Below are positions 9,432-18,684 of a stretch of DNA of 64,000 bases, in pieces (positions within the stretch are counted from its first letter, which is position 1; every line of letters begins with the position of its first letter). The DNA is taken from NCBI GenBank assembly GCA_038064735.1, contig JBBTSI010000003.1:90525-154524 (forward strand). The letters are read 5' to 3'. Made by a program: the position numbers and the translations under genes. The notes under the pieces were generated by a model. It had not been told where the DNA came from. It did not search any database and saw only the letters and a program-made list of their open reading frames with translations. The stretch comes from Patescibacteria group bacterium (GTDB lineage: Bacteria > Patescibacteriota > Minisyncoccia > Phycocordibacterales > WO2-35-19).

Positions 9432-9680
9432 ATGGCTGGTCAAGGAGCTGTTTCTAATCTTGAAAACAAAAAGGATGAGTGGGTACTTTTTCGTCTCACA
9501 GATGTTGGGATTATCTACTGTAAGGAAAATTCTTTTCCTGAAGACGCTGTTGATTACAGGATTAACGGCAAGCCAATCGTTGAAGAAGTGTCTCACCGAT
9601 CAGTTTGGTCAGATGCTTTAAGAGCCAAACATTGTCTTTCCATAGAAGAGCGGAGCAGGACTATTATTCAGCTTCGTTAA
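9432..9680 (+). CDS. Orphan hypothetical protein
   Basis: GAGG SD before the ATG at 9432 (the track start overlaps the tRNA); terminator-like hairpin follows. Confidence 0.55.
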   Translation: MAGQGAVSNLENKKDEWVLFRLTDVGIIYCKENSFPEDAVDYRINGKPIVEEVSHRSVWSDALRAKHCLSIEERSRTIIQLR

Positions 9681-9812
9681 TTTCCAAAATAAAATCGTCT
9701 GAAACAAGCGGAAAGAAAAACCGCCTGCACTTCAGACGGTTTTTCTTTTTCTAAATGTAGCAATAAGTGGATTGTACTATTTTATACATTTTTATTTTGA
9801 TATAATGAAAGG

Positions 9813-12572
9813 ATGGAATACAAATTTGCGACACCAGAGTCTCCATTTAAAAATCCTGAAGATGAATTAACTCACTTGCGTAAACTCATTGCCGAAAAAG
9901 AAAAAAATTTAGAGGATATTGGTTTGAAAAAAGAATCTTTAACTGTCGCCAAAGAAACATTGGCCGAATACAAAGTCGCGTCAGCTTCTACCACTCTCCA
10001 TCCAGAATACGAGATAAAAAGCGAGGATATAGAAAAGATAATACTCAAAATTGCTCCCGAAGAACACGACAAACAAATGAGTGAATTGGTAAAACTAGCC
10101 AAAGAGAAAGGCATCAAAAATGCGCTTTCGGTGATAGAAAAGATGCAAAATTTCCATGTTACCGACGATTTTCACCGGTTTATGTCCGAATATTTGAAAG
10201 AAGGTTTTACTATACCCGGTCTAGATATGAAAGAAAAACTTTCCAAAGGTCTTGATATGGCGCTTTATGAAATTTTGATATCCGATGAATCTGGCAACAA
10301 TGAAGTCAAACCAAGTCTGAGTGAAATAATTTCCAGTATGGAACAGTTTTATGCGGGTATGCTTTCTATAAGTGATCCAAACAAACCAGCAGAAAGTTGG
10401 ATATCGCTTGAAATCGCGGATCCAAATTTTTCTCAAGAAGTAGTTTTTTATGTAGCGGTGCCTACTGCCAAGAAAAATCTTTTTGAGAAGCACATTCTCT
10501 CTGTATTTCACAATGCCAAAATTTCCGAGAAGCCCGATGATTATAATATTTTCAACGAAACCGGATATACCGCTGGTAGTTACGCTTCTTTCACTAAAAA
10601 ACCGATATTTCCGATAAAGACTTACGACAATTTTGTCCACGATCCGCTCAATGCTATCCTTTCTTCATTTTCCAAAGTGAATAGAGATGGTGAAGGCGCA
10701 GCTATCCAACTCATTTGGTCTCCGGTGGGAGATAAATATTTAAAAAGATACAAAACAGCGCTTGAAAGTATCAAGAAAGGTACACCAATCAAAGAGGCTA
10801 CTGATATTCCTGACAGTTTGGGTGGGGAAGTCATTCACACTTTCAAAGATATTTTTTCATCTTCAAAAAAGAAAGATGAAGAAAAAGAAAAAGATAAAAA
10901 ACCAGAACCGATAGATGAGAAAGCAGTAGAAGAGATAAACAACAAAATCAGCTCACCAATCGTAAAGTGCAATCTGCGCATATTAGCTTCTTCTAAAACC
11001 AAAGCTGAAGCCGAAGAAATATTGAGTAATATCAAATCTAGTTTCAACCAATTTGAAAATACTTTCGGCAACTCTTTGAAATGGGTAGATACCGAAAAAA
11101 GCGATTTGCGTAATTTAGTAAAAAATTTCAGTTTTCGTATTTTTGATGAAGATACCGCTTTGACGATGAATCTGAAAGAAGTGACTACTTTGATACATTT
11201 TCATACTAGCGCTTTAAGTTCTTCTGATAGCTTGAAACAAACCCGAAGCGCCACTGCGCCGGCCCCACTTGATATCGCTAAAGAAGGTTTGCTTCTTGGT
11301 ATAAATAAACATCGTAATGCTCAAACCGAAATAAAAATGACTGATGATGACCGCTTGCGCCACTTTTATTGCATCGGCCAGACTGGTACCGGTAAGTCTA
11401 CTTTGCTCAAAGAGATGATTGTTCAAGATATGAAAATGGGCAATGGAGTTTGTATGATTGATCCGCATGGTAACGATGTGCAAGATGTCTTGGCCAATGT
11501 GCCACCTGAGAGATATGACGATTTAATTTATTTTGACCCAGGTTACACTGCACGGCCTATGGCTCTCAATATGCTTGAGTATGATGAAAATTTACCGGAG
11601 CAAAAGACTTTCGTAGTCAATGAACTTTTTAGTATTTTCCGCAAACTTTATGGTAACGTGCCTGAATCAATGGGTCCGGCCTTTGAACAATATTTCCGCA
11701 ATTCTGCGCTTCTGGTGATGGATGATCCGGCATCGGGTAATACTCTGGTAGATATGTCTCGGGTGCTTTCCAATAAAGCTTACCGTGATCTCAAAATTTC
11801 CAGATGCAAAAATCCTCTAGTTAAACAATTTTGGGTTAATGCCGAAAAGACGACCGGTGAACAGGGACTTGCCAATTATGTTCAATATGTCACCAATAAG
11901 TTCGATGTCTTTCTAGCCAATGACATCATGCGTCCGGTAGTCGCTCAAGAAAAATCCAGTTTTAACTTCCGCGATATTATGGATAACAAAAAAATTCTGC
12001 TGGTCAATCTTTCAAAAGGTAGGTTGGGAGATATTAACGCCAATCTTATTGGGCTCATATTGGTTGGTAAAATACTTATGGCTGCTCTCTCGCGCGCAGA
12101 TTCGTTTGGCACGTCGGGACAGTTGCCACCGTTTTATTTATACATAGACGAGTTTCAAAATATCACTACCGATTCTATCGCGACTATTTTGTCCGAAGCT
12201 AGAAAATACAAACTCTCTCTCAATATTGCTCATCAATTTATCGCTCAAATTGAAGAAAATATCCGTGATGCCGTCTTCGGTAATGTCGGTTCGATGTGTG
12301 CTTTCAGAGTTGGCGCTGAAGATGCGGAAATATTAGAGAAACAATTTGGCCCAACTTTCAGCCAAAGTGATTTGATGAATATAGACAACCGCAACGCTTA
12401 CCTCAGGCTTTTGGTGAACGGTAAACCGGCCAAAGCTTTCAATATAGAAGTACCTCCACCACCGATAGGGGATAACACACAAATTGAAAAACTTAAAGAA
12501 ATGTCTTACCTCAAATTTGGAAAACCTCGTGAAGAAGTGGAAAAACTGATTTTAGAAAAATACAAAATATAA
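9813..12572 (+). CDS. VirD4/TrwB-like coupling ATPase (CPR type)
   Basis: RLRHFYCIGQTGTGKS (Walker A), IDPHG, LYIDEFQ (Walker B), LSEARKY, AHQF, AVFGNVG. Confidence 0.9.
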   Translation: MEYKFATPESPFKNPEDELTHLRKLIAEKEKNLEDIGLKKESLTVAKETLAEYKVASASTTLHPEYEIKSEDIEKIILKIAPEEHDKQMSELVKLAKEKGIKNALSVIEKMQNFHVTDDFHRFMSEYLKEGFTIPGLDMKEKLSKGLDMALYEILISDESGNNEVKPSLSEIISSMEQFYAGMLSISDPNKPAESWISLEIADPNFSQEVVFYVAVPTAKKNLFEKHILSVFHNAKISEKPDDYNIFNETGYTAGSYASFTKKPIFPIKTYDNFVHDPLNAILSSFSKVNRDGEGAAIQLIWSPVGDKYLKRYKTALESIKKGTPIKEATDIPDSLGGEVIHTFKDIFSSSKKKDEEKEKDKKPEPIDEKAVEEINNKISSPIVKCNLRILASSKTKAEAEEILSNIKSSFNQFENTFGNSLKWVDTEKSDLRNLVKNFSFRIFDEDTALTMNLKEVTTLIHFHTSALSSSDSLKQTRSATAPAPLDIAKEGLLLGINKHRNAQTEIKMTDDDRLRHFYCIGQTGTGKSTLLKEMIVQDMKMGNGVCMIDPHGNDVQDVLANVPPERYDDLIYFDPGYTARPMALNMLEYDENLPEQKTFVVNELFSIFRKLYGNVPESMGPAFEQYFRNSALLVMDDPASGNTLVDMSRVLSNKAYRDLKISRCKNPLVKQFWVNAEKTTGEQGLANYVQYVTNKFDVFLANDIMRPVVAQEKSSFNFRDIMDNKKILLVNLSKGRLGDINANLIGLILVGKILMAALSRADSFGTSGQLPPFYLYIDEFQNITTDSIATILSEARKYKLSLNIAHQFIAQIEENIRDAVFGNVGSMCAFRVGAEDAEILEKQFGPTFSQSDLMNIDNRNAYLRLLVNGKPAKAFNIEVPPPPIGDNTQIEKLKEMSYLKFGKPREEVEKLILEKYKI

Positions 12573-12632
12573 AAAAATACGCTCGAGATGTTGCCAGTCA
12601 TCTCGAGCGTCTTCCACTAGGGAAAGGAGAAC

Positions 12633-12869
12633 CTAGCGGGGTGGAAAATCAATCTCATTACCTTGTCTAAGCTTCTCGCGAACCCCCTCAAGGTAGAGAG
12701 AGCTTTTGAATCTTGCAAGTTCATCTTCTTGTTCTCTTTGAACTTGCCTTTTGGCTCGTTTGGCTCTGCCAGACATTATTCCGCCTCTCCTGGCGTATTC
12801 ACGGAGCATTTCTTTATCTCCGTTTAATATTGCTTCCTGCACTTTTGCAGGGATTTCTTTTCGGGCCAT
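12633..12869 (-). CDS. Small basic protein with KGG-like stress motif
   Basis: REYARRGGIMSG; strong SD AAGGAGG; TTGACA-16-TATAAT promoter upstream. Confidence 0.7.
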   Translation of the reverse strand: MARKEIPAKVQEAILNGDKEMLREYARRGGIMSGRAKRAKRQVQREQEDELARFKSSLYLEGVREKLRQGNEIDFPPR

Positions 12870-13029
12870 AAGGCCTCCTTTCTTGTATCCTAATTTCTAT
12901 TATACCATATACACATTTTCTGTCAACTACTTATGTGGATAACCTGAGTTTGGTTTTATTGCCATAAATAATTGTTCGTTGTAAAATATAGGTAGGTCTT
13001 ATTATCAGTTATTAACTAATTTAAATATT

Positions 13030-13284
13030 ATGGATTTGCAAAGTTTTTATGCAGGCCCAGTTTCAGGAGGATTTATAGCTGCGACTGGCGTATTTCTCAT
13101 GATCTTGGTCTTGTGGACATTAGTTTGGAAAGGTATGGCTCTTTGGAAAGCCGCAGAAGAAAAGAATAAAGTTTGGTTTGTGGTTTTGCTTTTAGTCAAC
13201 ACAGTTGGTATTTTGGATATTCTTTATATCTACGTTTTCAGTAAAAAGAAATCAGCTTCTGTTGTTGAAGCTCCAAAAATGTAA
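13030..13284 (+). CDS. DUF5652-like membrane protein
   Basis: WTLVWKGMALWKAA...WFVVLLLVNTVGILDILY. Confidence 0.8.
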   Translation: MDLQSFYAGPVSGGFIAATGVFLMILVLWTLVWKGMALWKAAEEKNKVWFVVLLLVNTVGILDILYIYVFSKKKSASVVEAPKM

Positions 13285-13339
13285 TTAAATTCTGTTATTC
13301 TTCCCAAAAACCACCTTGTGTTTGCAGGGTGGTTTTTAT

Positions 13340-13367
13340 TTGACACGAAAATAGTATGTGTTATAAT
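13340..13367 (+). promoter_or_regulatory. Consensus sigma70 promoter with extended -10
   Basis: TTGACA-16 nt-TATAAT, with TG one base before the -10 hexamer. Confidence 0.75.
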
Positions 13368-13443
13368 GGTAGTAGACTGATTTTTGAGTCTAAGGACAAA
13401 AAACAAATTGATTCTGTAATTCTTTAAAAAATAAGGAGAGATT

Positions 13444-13944
13444 ATGGAGATTATTTTTGCACTGTTGGCGTTGGCTGTCTTTGTCGTCATTTGGCAGATG
13501 TCTTTGTTTGTACGTGTCAGGAGGTTGAAATCTACTATGCCCCGCGTATCAACAGAGTATATGCGGTATGAGGAGTCGATGCGGGATGCAGATAGATCGC
13601 ATTACCTTTTAGATTCAGATGAAAATATTGCTAATCGTCAAGAAGTTAGAGCTCTTATTCTTGCTTCAATGGTTGATCTTGAAAAAGGTGGTTCTGATCG
13701 TTTTGATGATTATGACGACTATTTTGATGATGATTTGGAAACTAAACCCAAATCTACACCACAATCGAATAAAATAGACGCCTTTATCCCGTCTCTTATG
13801 AAAAAGGTTCGGGTGGAAATTGTTGGAGTGTGTCCTGCAGGAAAGACTGTGAAAGTACTTCCCGTTGAGAAGCCTCCCAAAGGTCACATGCGTAAAAAGT
13901 ACAATTTGGCACTGAACAGTATTTCTGCGGAGGCCATCAGTTAA
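13444..13944 (+). CDS. Orphan membrane-anchored hypothetical protein
   Basis: TAAGGAG SD, N-terminal TM helix, acidic linker, downstream terminator. Confidence 0.75.
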   Translation: MEIIFALLALAVFVVIWQMSLFVRVRRLKSTMPRVSTEYMRYEESMRDADRSHYLLDSDENIANRQEVRALILASMVDLEKGGSDRFDDYDDYFDDDLETKPKSTPQSNKIDAFIPSLMKKVRVEIVGVCPAGKTVKVLPVEKPPKGHMRKKYNLALNSISAEAIS

Positions 13945-14051
13945 TGCAAGATCAAGATATTCCTGGTCACTTCCCCGCGTTTCCAATTTTTATAAAAGGG
14001 AACGCGGGGAGTTTTGTTTTTATAAAGTTTTAGGTTATATTTATCTCGTTA

Positions 14052-14122
14052 GGGCTCATAGTATAGCGGTAATACGCATCCATGGCATGGATGAGTTCGG
14101 GGTCCGACTCCCCGTGAGTCCA
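14052..14122 (+). tRNA. tRNA-Ala(GGC)
   Basis: GGGCTCA/TGAGTCC acceptor with G3:U70, CATCC-ATGGCAT-GGATG anticodon arm; T-loop variant GTCCGA. Confidence 0.9.
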
Positions 14123-14137
14123 CTGAATAGAAAACTT

Positions 14138-14899
14138 TTAAAATCCGATTTTTTTGAAGAGACTACCTAAAGGATTATGACCTTTTAGGGGAGGAATACC
14201 TTTTCCATTTTTATTAGAATTTTCGCTGTATCTAAGTCCGAGACGCACTGGTGCTTCTTTGATGAGTTTCAATATCAGGTCTTCATCATCGGTTATGGTG
14301 TATAAAGATAAATCTTTTTCTTCTATCATACTGTTTTCTAAAAGGCCTTTCTTGAATATTTCTTCAAGTGGAGTCCAAAAATCGCTACCTACCATTATTA
14401 TCGGTGCTTTCGGTATTTTGCTGGTCTGGATTAATGTCAAAATCTCTGTGAATTCATCTAGAGTACCAAAACCGCCTGGAAAATAAATATAAGCTTCAGC
14501 GGAAAAAGCCAAACACACTTTTCGGCTGAAAAAATAATGGAAATCTTCTTTGTCGGTTAAATATTGGTTGTCGTGTTGTTCGTGAGGCAACTCTATGGTT
14601 AGCCCCAGTGAATTGCCACCAGCTTCAAAAGCGCCACGGTTGGCTGCTTCCATGATGCCTGGACCACCACCAGTCATAACCGAATAGTGAAGTTCGGTAA
14701 CGATACGACTCGCCAGACTTCTAGCTTTTTGATAATAAAGGTCGCCTTCTTTAGTGCGGGCGGAACCAAAAAAAGTGACTGAGCGCGGATAATTTTTTAC
14801 AAACTCAAATCCATTTCTAAATTCTTTGGATATGAGGCTGAGGCGCTTGTCGGCAGCCTCACTTATTTCGGACAGGGTCAGGGGTTTATTGTTTTCCAT
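14138..14899 (-). CDS. LOG-family Rossmann-fold protein (TIGR00730-like)
   Basis: VTFFGSAR, TGGGPGIMEAANRGA, FPGGFGTLDE. Confidence 0.93.
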   Translation of the reverse strand: MENNKPLTLSEISEAADKRLSLISKEFRNGFEFVKNYPRSVTFFGSARTKEGDLYYQKARSLASRIVTELHYSVMTGGGPGIMEAANRGAFEAGGNSLGLTIELPHEQHDNQYLTDKEDFHYFFSRKVCLAFSAEAYIYFPGGFGTLDEFTEILTLIQTSKIPKAPIIMVGSDFWTPLEEIFKKGLLENSMIEEKDLSLYTITDDEDLILKLIKEAPVRLGLRYSENSNKNGKGIPPLKGHNPLGSLFKKIGF

Positions 14900-14966
14900 C
14901 CCGTTAGAAATTAAAAAGTTAATAATTTAACCCCGTGTAAATAAAAGGTTCTGATTTCTAACGGGA
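14899..14966. mobile_element. MITE-like element, copy 1
   Basis: 13-bp TIR TCCCGTTAGAAAT...ATTTCTAACGGGA; TCCA duplicated at 14895-14898 and 14967-14970. Confidence 0.8.
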
Positions 14967-15064
14967 TCCATATGTCCACATTTTAACGGTTTTAAATAAT
15001 AAGGCAATATGATAAAGTGGGTTGAAAGTAAAAAGTTATCAAGTTTAAAAGTTAATAAAAAAAT

Positions 15065-15589
15065 ATGAAAAAGTTATCTACAAAGGAATGGATTGCTGTA
15101 GGAGCGGCTATCGTTTTCGTCGGCTACACTTTATTTGGTGCTAATATTATGAGTTTATTTCAAAGAAATACTATGGATGAAAATGCGCAAGCAGCTGCGG
15201 TCAATGCCGGAGATACTGCTCAAAACCCTGTTGAAAAAAATGTTGGTGGTGTGATTATAAAAGATATAACTGTCGGCACTGGAACTGAAGTTAAAAGTGG
15301 CCAGCTTGTTTCGGTTAATTATTTACTTTCTCTTGCTGATGGTACTGTCGTTCAAAATTCCAAAGATTTTGGTAAGCCTTTTGAGTTTACTCTCGGAGCC
15401 GGTCAAGTCATACCAGGTTGGGAAATGGGCTTTGCCGATATGAAAGTTGGTGGTGTCCGCACCATCACTATTCCTCCTGAGCTTGCTTATGGAGCAGAGC
15501 AAGCTGGACCAATACCTCCAAACTCTACTTTGATCTTCACCATCGAGCTTCTGAACGCTACAGAGGCACCCGCTCAGGCTGTTCAATAA
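15065..15589 (+). CDS. FKBP-type peptidyl-prolyl isomerase, membrane anchored
   Basis: PFEFTLGAGQVIPGWEMG, MKVGGVRTITIPPELAYG, IPPNSTLIF. Confidence 0.95.
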   Translation: MKKLSTKEWIAVGAAIVFVGYTLFGANIMSLFQRNTMDENAQAAAVNAGDTAQNPVEKNVGGVIIKDITVGTGTEVKSGQLVSVNYLLSLADGTVVQNSKDFGKPFEFTLGAGQVIPGWEMGFADMKVGGVRTITIPPELAYGAEQAGPIPPNSTLIFTIELLNATEAPAQAVQ

Positions 15590-16767
15590 TGTTTAAAATT
15601 GAAAAAAAGCTCAAAAATTCTCTCGGCCGAGCAGGTGTTTTAAATACACCATACGGTGATATTTTGACCCCAGCTTTCGTCACGGTGGGTACCAAAGCTA
15701 CGGTTAAATCGCTTTCATCTGAACAAGTTTCGGAGACTGGTTCGCAAATAGTTTTGGCCAACACTTATCATCTCTATTTGGAGCCGGGCGAAAAAATAAT
15801 CAAAGAGGCGGGGGGCTTACATAAATTTATGAATTGGCAGGGGCCGACTATGACCGATTCGGGCGGTTTCCAAGCCTTTTCACTTGGTGTGGCTTTTGGC
15901 AACAATTTAAATAAATTTATTGTAAACGATGCTCCAACACCGGCTGAAATAGAAGAAGCTTATGATGATAGGAAAGTTAAAAAAGCTAAGATTACCGAAG
16001 ATGGAGTTGAGTTTCAATCTATAATTGATGGCAGTACCCACTTTTTCACTCCCGAAAAGTCTATTCAGATTCAAAATGATATTGGCGCTGATATTATTTT
16101 TGCTTTTGACGAATGTACTTCACCCCATGCTTCCAAAGAATATTTGCGTGAAGCAATGGAACGCACCCATCGTTGGGCAAAACGATGTTTAGATTTTCAT
16201 AAGAAAAAAGATCAGGCTTTGTTTGGTATTGTTCAAGGTGGGCGGCATGAAGATTTGAGGAGGGAAAGTGCTAAAGCCATTGCTGAAATGGGTTTTGAAG
16301 GTTTTGGTATTGGTGGTTCTTTCGTCAAAGAAGATATGGCTACGGCGGTCAAATGGGTTAACGAAATTTTGCCTGAAGAAAAACCTCGGCATCTTTTGGG
16401 AGTAGGCGAGCCGATTGATTTGATCTTGGGTGTGGAAAATGGTTGTGATACTTTTGATTGCGTATCACCTACACGTATTGGACGTAACGGTACTCTATTT
16501 ACTCACACCGGCAAAGTACATATCGCAAATGCAAAATACAGAAATCTTTTAGAGCCGATTGAAGTGGGTTGCGGTTGTAATACTTGCCAAAATTACAGCG
16601 CCGCTTATGTCGCCCATCTTTTTCATGCTAAAGAAATGCTCGGATGCACTTTGGCTTCGGTTCATAATGTTTATTTTTTAAATAATTTAATGTCTAGAAT
16701 AAGGGAATCAATTTTAAACAAAACATTTTTTGAATTTAAAGAAGAATTTTTAAGAAATTACAAATGA
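15589..16767 (+). CDS. tgt: tRNA-guanine transglycosylase
   Basis: LANTYHL, TDSGGFQ, GIVQGG, RHLLGVG, DTFDCV, CxCxxC zinc site. Confidence 0.96.
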   Translation: MFKIEKKLKNSLGRAGVLNTPYGDILTPAFVTVGTKATVKSLSSEQVSETGSQIVLANTYHLYLEPGEKIIKEAGGLHKFMNWQGPTMTDSGGFQAFSLGVAFGNNLNKFIVNDAPTPAEIEEAYDDRKVKKAKITEDGVEFQSIIDGSTHFFTPEKSIQIQNDIGADIIFAFDECTSPHASKEYLREAMERTHRWAKRCLDFHKKKDQALFGIVQGGRHEDLRRESAKAIAEMGFEGFGIGGSFVKEDMATAVKWVNEILPEEKPRHLLGVGEPIDLILGVENGCDTFDCVSPTRIGRNGTLFTHTGKVHIANAKYRNLLEPIEVGCGCNTCQNYSAAYVAHLFHAKEMLGCTLASVHNVYFLNNLMSRIRESILNKTFFEFKEEFLRNYK

Positions 16768-17540
16768 TTTACAATTTGTATAAAAATCGTGGAGAAACGC
16801 CTTTGGAATGTATTCAAAGGTTTGCTAAAAATAATCCGGAACTAAAAGACGAAAAGATGACTTATATGGGCCGACTTGACCCTTTGGCCGAAGGTGTTTT
16901 GCTTATGGCTTCGGGCGAGGATGTGAAGAGGAAAGAAGAATTTTTGGGTTTGGATAAAGAGTATGATTTCATTTCTATTTTTGGTTTTGCTACTGATACT
17001 TATGATATTTTAGGCAAAATTGTCAGAGTGGAAAAATTGGAAGGGCTTTCAGAAACCGAACTTGGCAAAGTAGCTATTGTTTATGAAGGCGAAAGGGAAC
17101 AAAAATATCCTTTTTATTCATCTAAGATGATTTCTTCTCGGGGAAGCTTCTCTCCAGAAAGTCCTCGGGTCTCCTCGCAAAGCTCGGCCAGACTTTCTTC
17201 CGAGAACTTCCCCTCGAAGAAAATAAACATTCACAAAGTTAAATTTCACAAACTGGACACTCTTTCCAGCAAAGAACTTTTCGGCAGACTTCTGATGGAT
17301 ATTTCCAAAGTACGGGGGGATTTCAGGCAAAATGAAATATTGATTTTGTGGAAAGAAATACTTTTTAAATGTCCTCAAAATAAAATTTTTTTGGGAAAAT
17401 TTAGTGCTCATGTTTCCTCGGGCACTTACATCCGCAGTTTGGTGAACGATATGGGTAATACTTTAGGTTTGGGCGCTACCACACTTTCCATCAAGAGGAC
17501 TCGAGTAGGGAATTACAAAATTGAAGATAGTATCAAGTAG
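16764..17540 (+). CDS. truB: TruB-like tRNA pseudouridine synthase with palindrome-encoded insertion
   Basis: GRLDPLAEGVL (catalytic Asp), KEY, TDTYD, SSGTYIRSL. Confidence 0.85.
   Translation: MIYNLYKNRGETPLECIQRFAKNNPELKDEKMTYMGRLDPLAEGVLLMASGEDVKRKEEFLGLDKEYDFISIFGFATDTYDILGKIVRVEKLEGLSETELGKVAIVYEGEREQKYPFYSSKMISSRGSFSPESPRVSSQSSARLSSENFPSKKINIHKVKFHKLDTLSSKELFGRLLMDISKVRGDFRQNEILILWKEILFKCPQNKIFLGKFSAHVSSGTYIRSLVNDMGNTLGLGATTLSIKRTRVGNYKIEDSIK
17131..17222. repeat. 92-bp imperfect palindrome in-frame within truB
   Basis: TTTCTTC..GGGGAAG.TTCTC...AGAAAGTC pairs with GACTTTCT...GAGAACTTCCCC..GAAGAAA. Confidence 0.8.
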
Positions 17541-17616
17541 TTTGTAATTTTGACTTTACTCAAAAAAAACGTATAATGAATTAAGAACTGCAAGCCAACA
17601 ATTTTTGGGGGCGGAG

Positions 17617-17799
17617 ATGATGTCAATTGAAACATTAGCTGCTTTTTCGTTTGTTTTTGCTGTACGTCAGCAATATGTTTATTTAAAAGAGAAAGCTTTC
17701 TACGCAGGGAAAAAAGCTAGATTACTGAATGCTTTTCTTGTTGGTCTGTCTCTTGCTGGCTGTGTTTTTTGGGTTGGTAAGAATTTAGTTTTAAACTAA
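17617..17799 (+). CDS. Small orphan membrane protein
   Basis: Own TTGACT-16-TATAAT promoter, GGAG SD, two hydrophobic segments, terminator. Confidence 0.55.
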   Translation: MMSIETLAAFSFVFAVRQQYVYLKEKAFYAGKKARLLNAFLVGLSLAGCVFWVGKNLVLN

Positions 17800-17858
17800 A
17801 AATAAATGGGGCGCGAAAGAAATTTCGCTCCCCATTATTTTTTATATCATTTTAGATA

Positions 17859-18308
17859 TTAGACCAAAACTTCTTCAATAATTTTTTTGACCAAAGCGCC
17901 GTCAGCGTTGCCACCGGTCTCTTTCATTACTGCTCCCATGAATTGTCCCATCTTTGTTTTATCAACTTCTCCCAATTCAGTTTTTTTCTTTAAAACTATT
18001 TCACGGATTTGCTCTTCACTCATCTGAGCGGGAAGAAATTCTTCCAAAATTTTGAGTTCTGCTTCCTCGTTTTTAACCAAGTCTTCTCTGTTGCCTTTTT
18101 TAAACTGCTCTATTGAGTCTTTTCTCTGTTTGACTAATCGGCGGATGACCGCGATAGCCTCAAAGTCTGAAAGTTTGTCTTGGGGCTTTCTTTTTAAATT
18201 CATCACTTCGCTTACAAAAGCCGCGACCATCCCTCGTAGTGTGATAAGTCTCACCTGATCCTTGGCTCGCATAGCTTCTGGTATTTGTTCCTGTATTTTC
18301 TCGTGCAT
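17859..18308 (-). CDS. GatB/YqeY domain protein
   Basis: AMRAKD, VKQRKDSIEQF, FLPAQMSEE, MGQFMGAVMK, ADG. Confidence 0.93.
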   Translation of the reverse strand: MHEKIQEQIPEAMRAKDQVRLITLRGMVAAFVSEVMNLKRKPQDKLSDFEAIAVIRRLVKQRKDSIEQFKKGNREDLVKNEEAELKILEEFLPAQMSEEQIREIVLKKKTELGEVDKTKMGQFMGAVMKETGGNADGALVKKIIEEVLV

Positions 18309-18317
18309 AAAAATTAA

Positions 18318-18647
18318 TTATTTAATTCTAAAGGTGTCATCTTTTTGATCAGTAAGTCTGTAAATTATTGTAGTCATATACAATATGATTGCTGTATAAA
18401 ATATAATTGTCACAATCAATTCAATAGTCGTAATTGATAATCCAATGTCTGTATATAATCCATATTTATAATAAATAGTATCAACAGCAATAAAAGTGAG
18501 CAAAAAGGGAGCAGACAAAATATCAAGATAAAAATAATTGGCATAATCTAATTTTCCAATATCTATTAAGAAAAAAGAAATAATAGGTATAATAGTTAAA
18601 CATAGGAAAATAATAAGAAAATTATTTTTGAGTTTTAGAAATTGCAT
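18318..18647 (-). CDS. AT-rich hypothetical membrane protein
   Basis: Three hydrophobic segments; extended -10 six nt before the ATG. Confidence 0.6.
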   Translation of the reverse strand: MQFLKLKNNFLIIFLCLTIIPIISFFLIDIGKLDYANYFYLDILSAPFLLTFIAVDTIYYKYGLYTDIGLSITTIELIVTIIFYTAIILYMTTIIYRLTDQKDDTFRIK

Positions 18648-18684
18648 AAATTAATAATATCATATTTTGTGTTATAATTGTCAT

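Noticed and set aside
15691-15706. AAAGCTACGG in tgt resembling the coding palindrome
   Set aside because: Encodes the conserved GTKATVK motif and lacks the rest of the consensus
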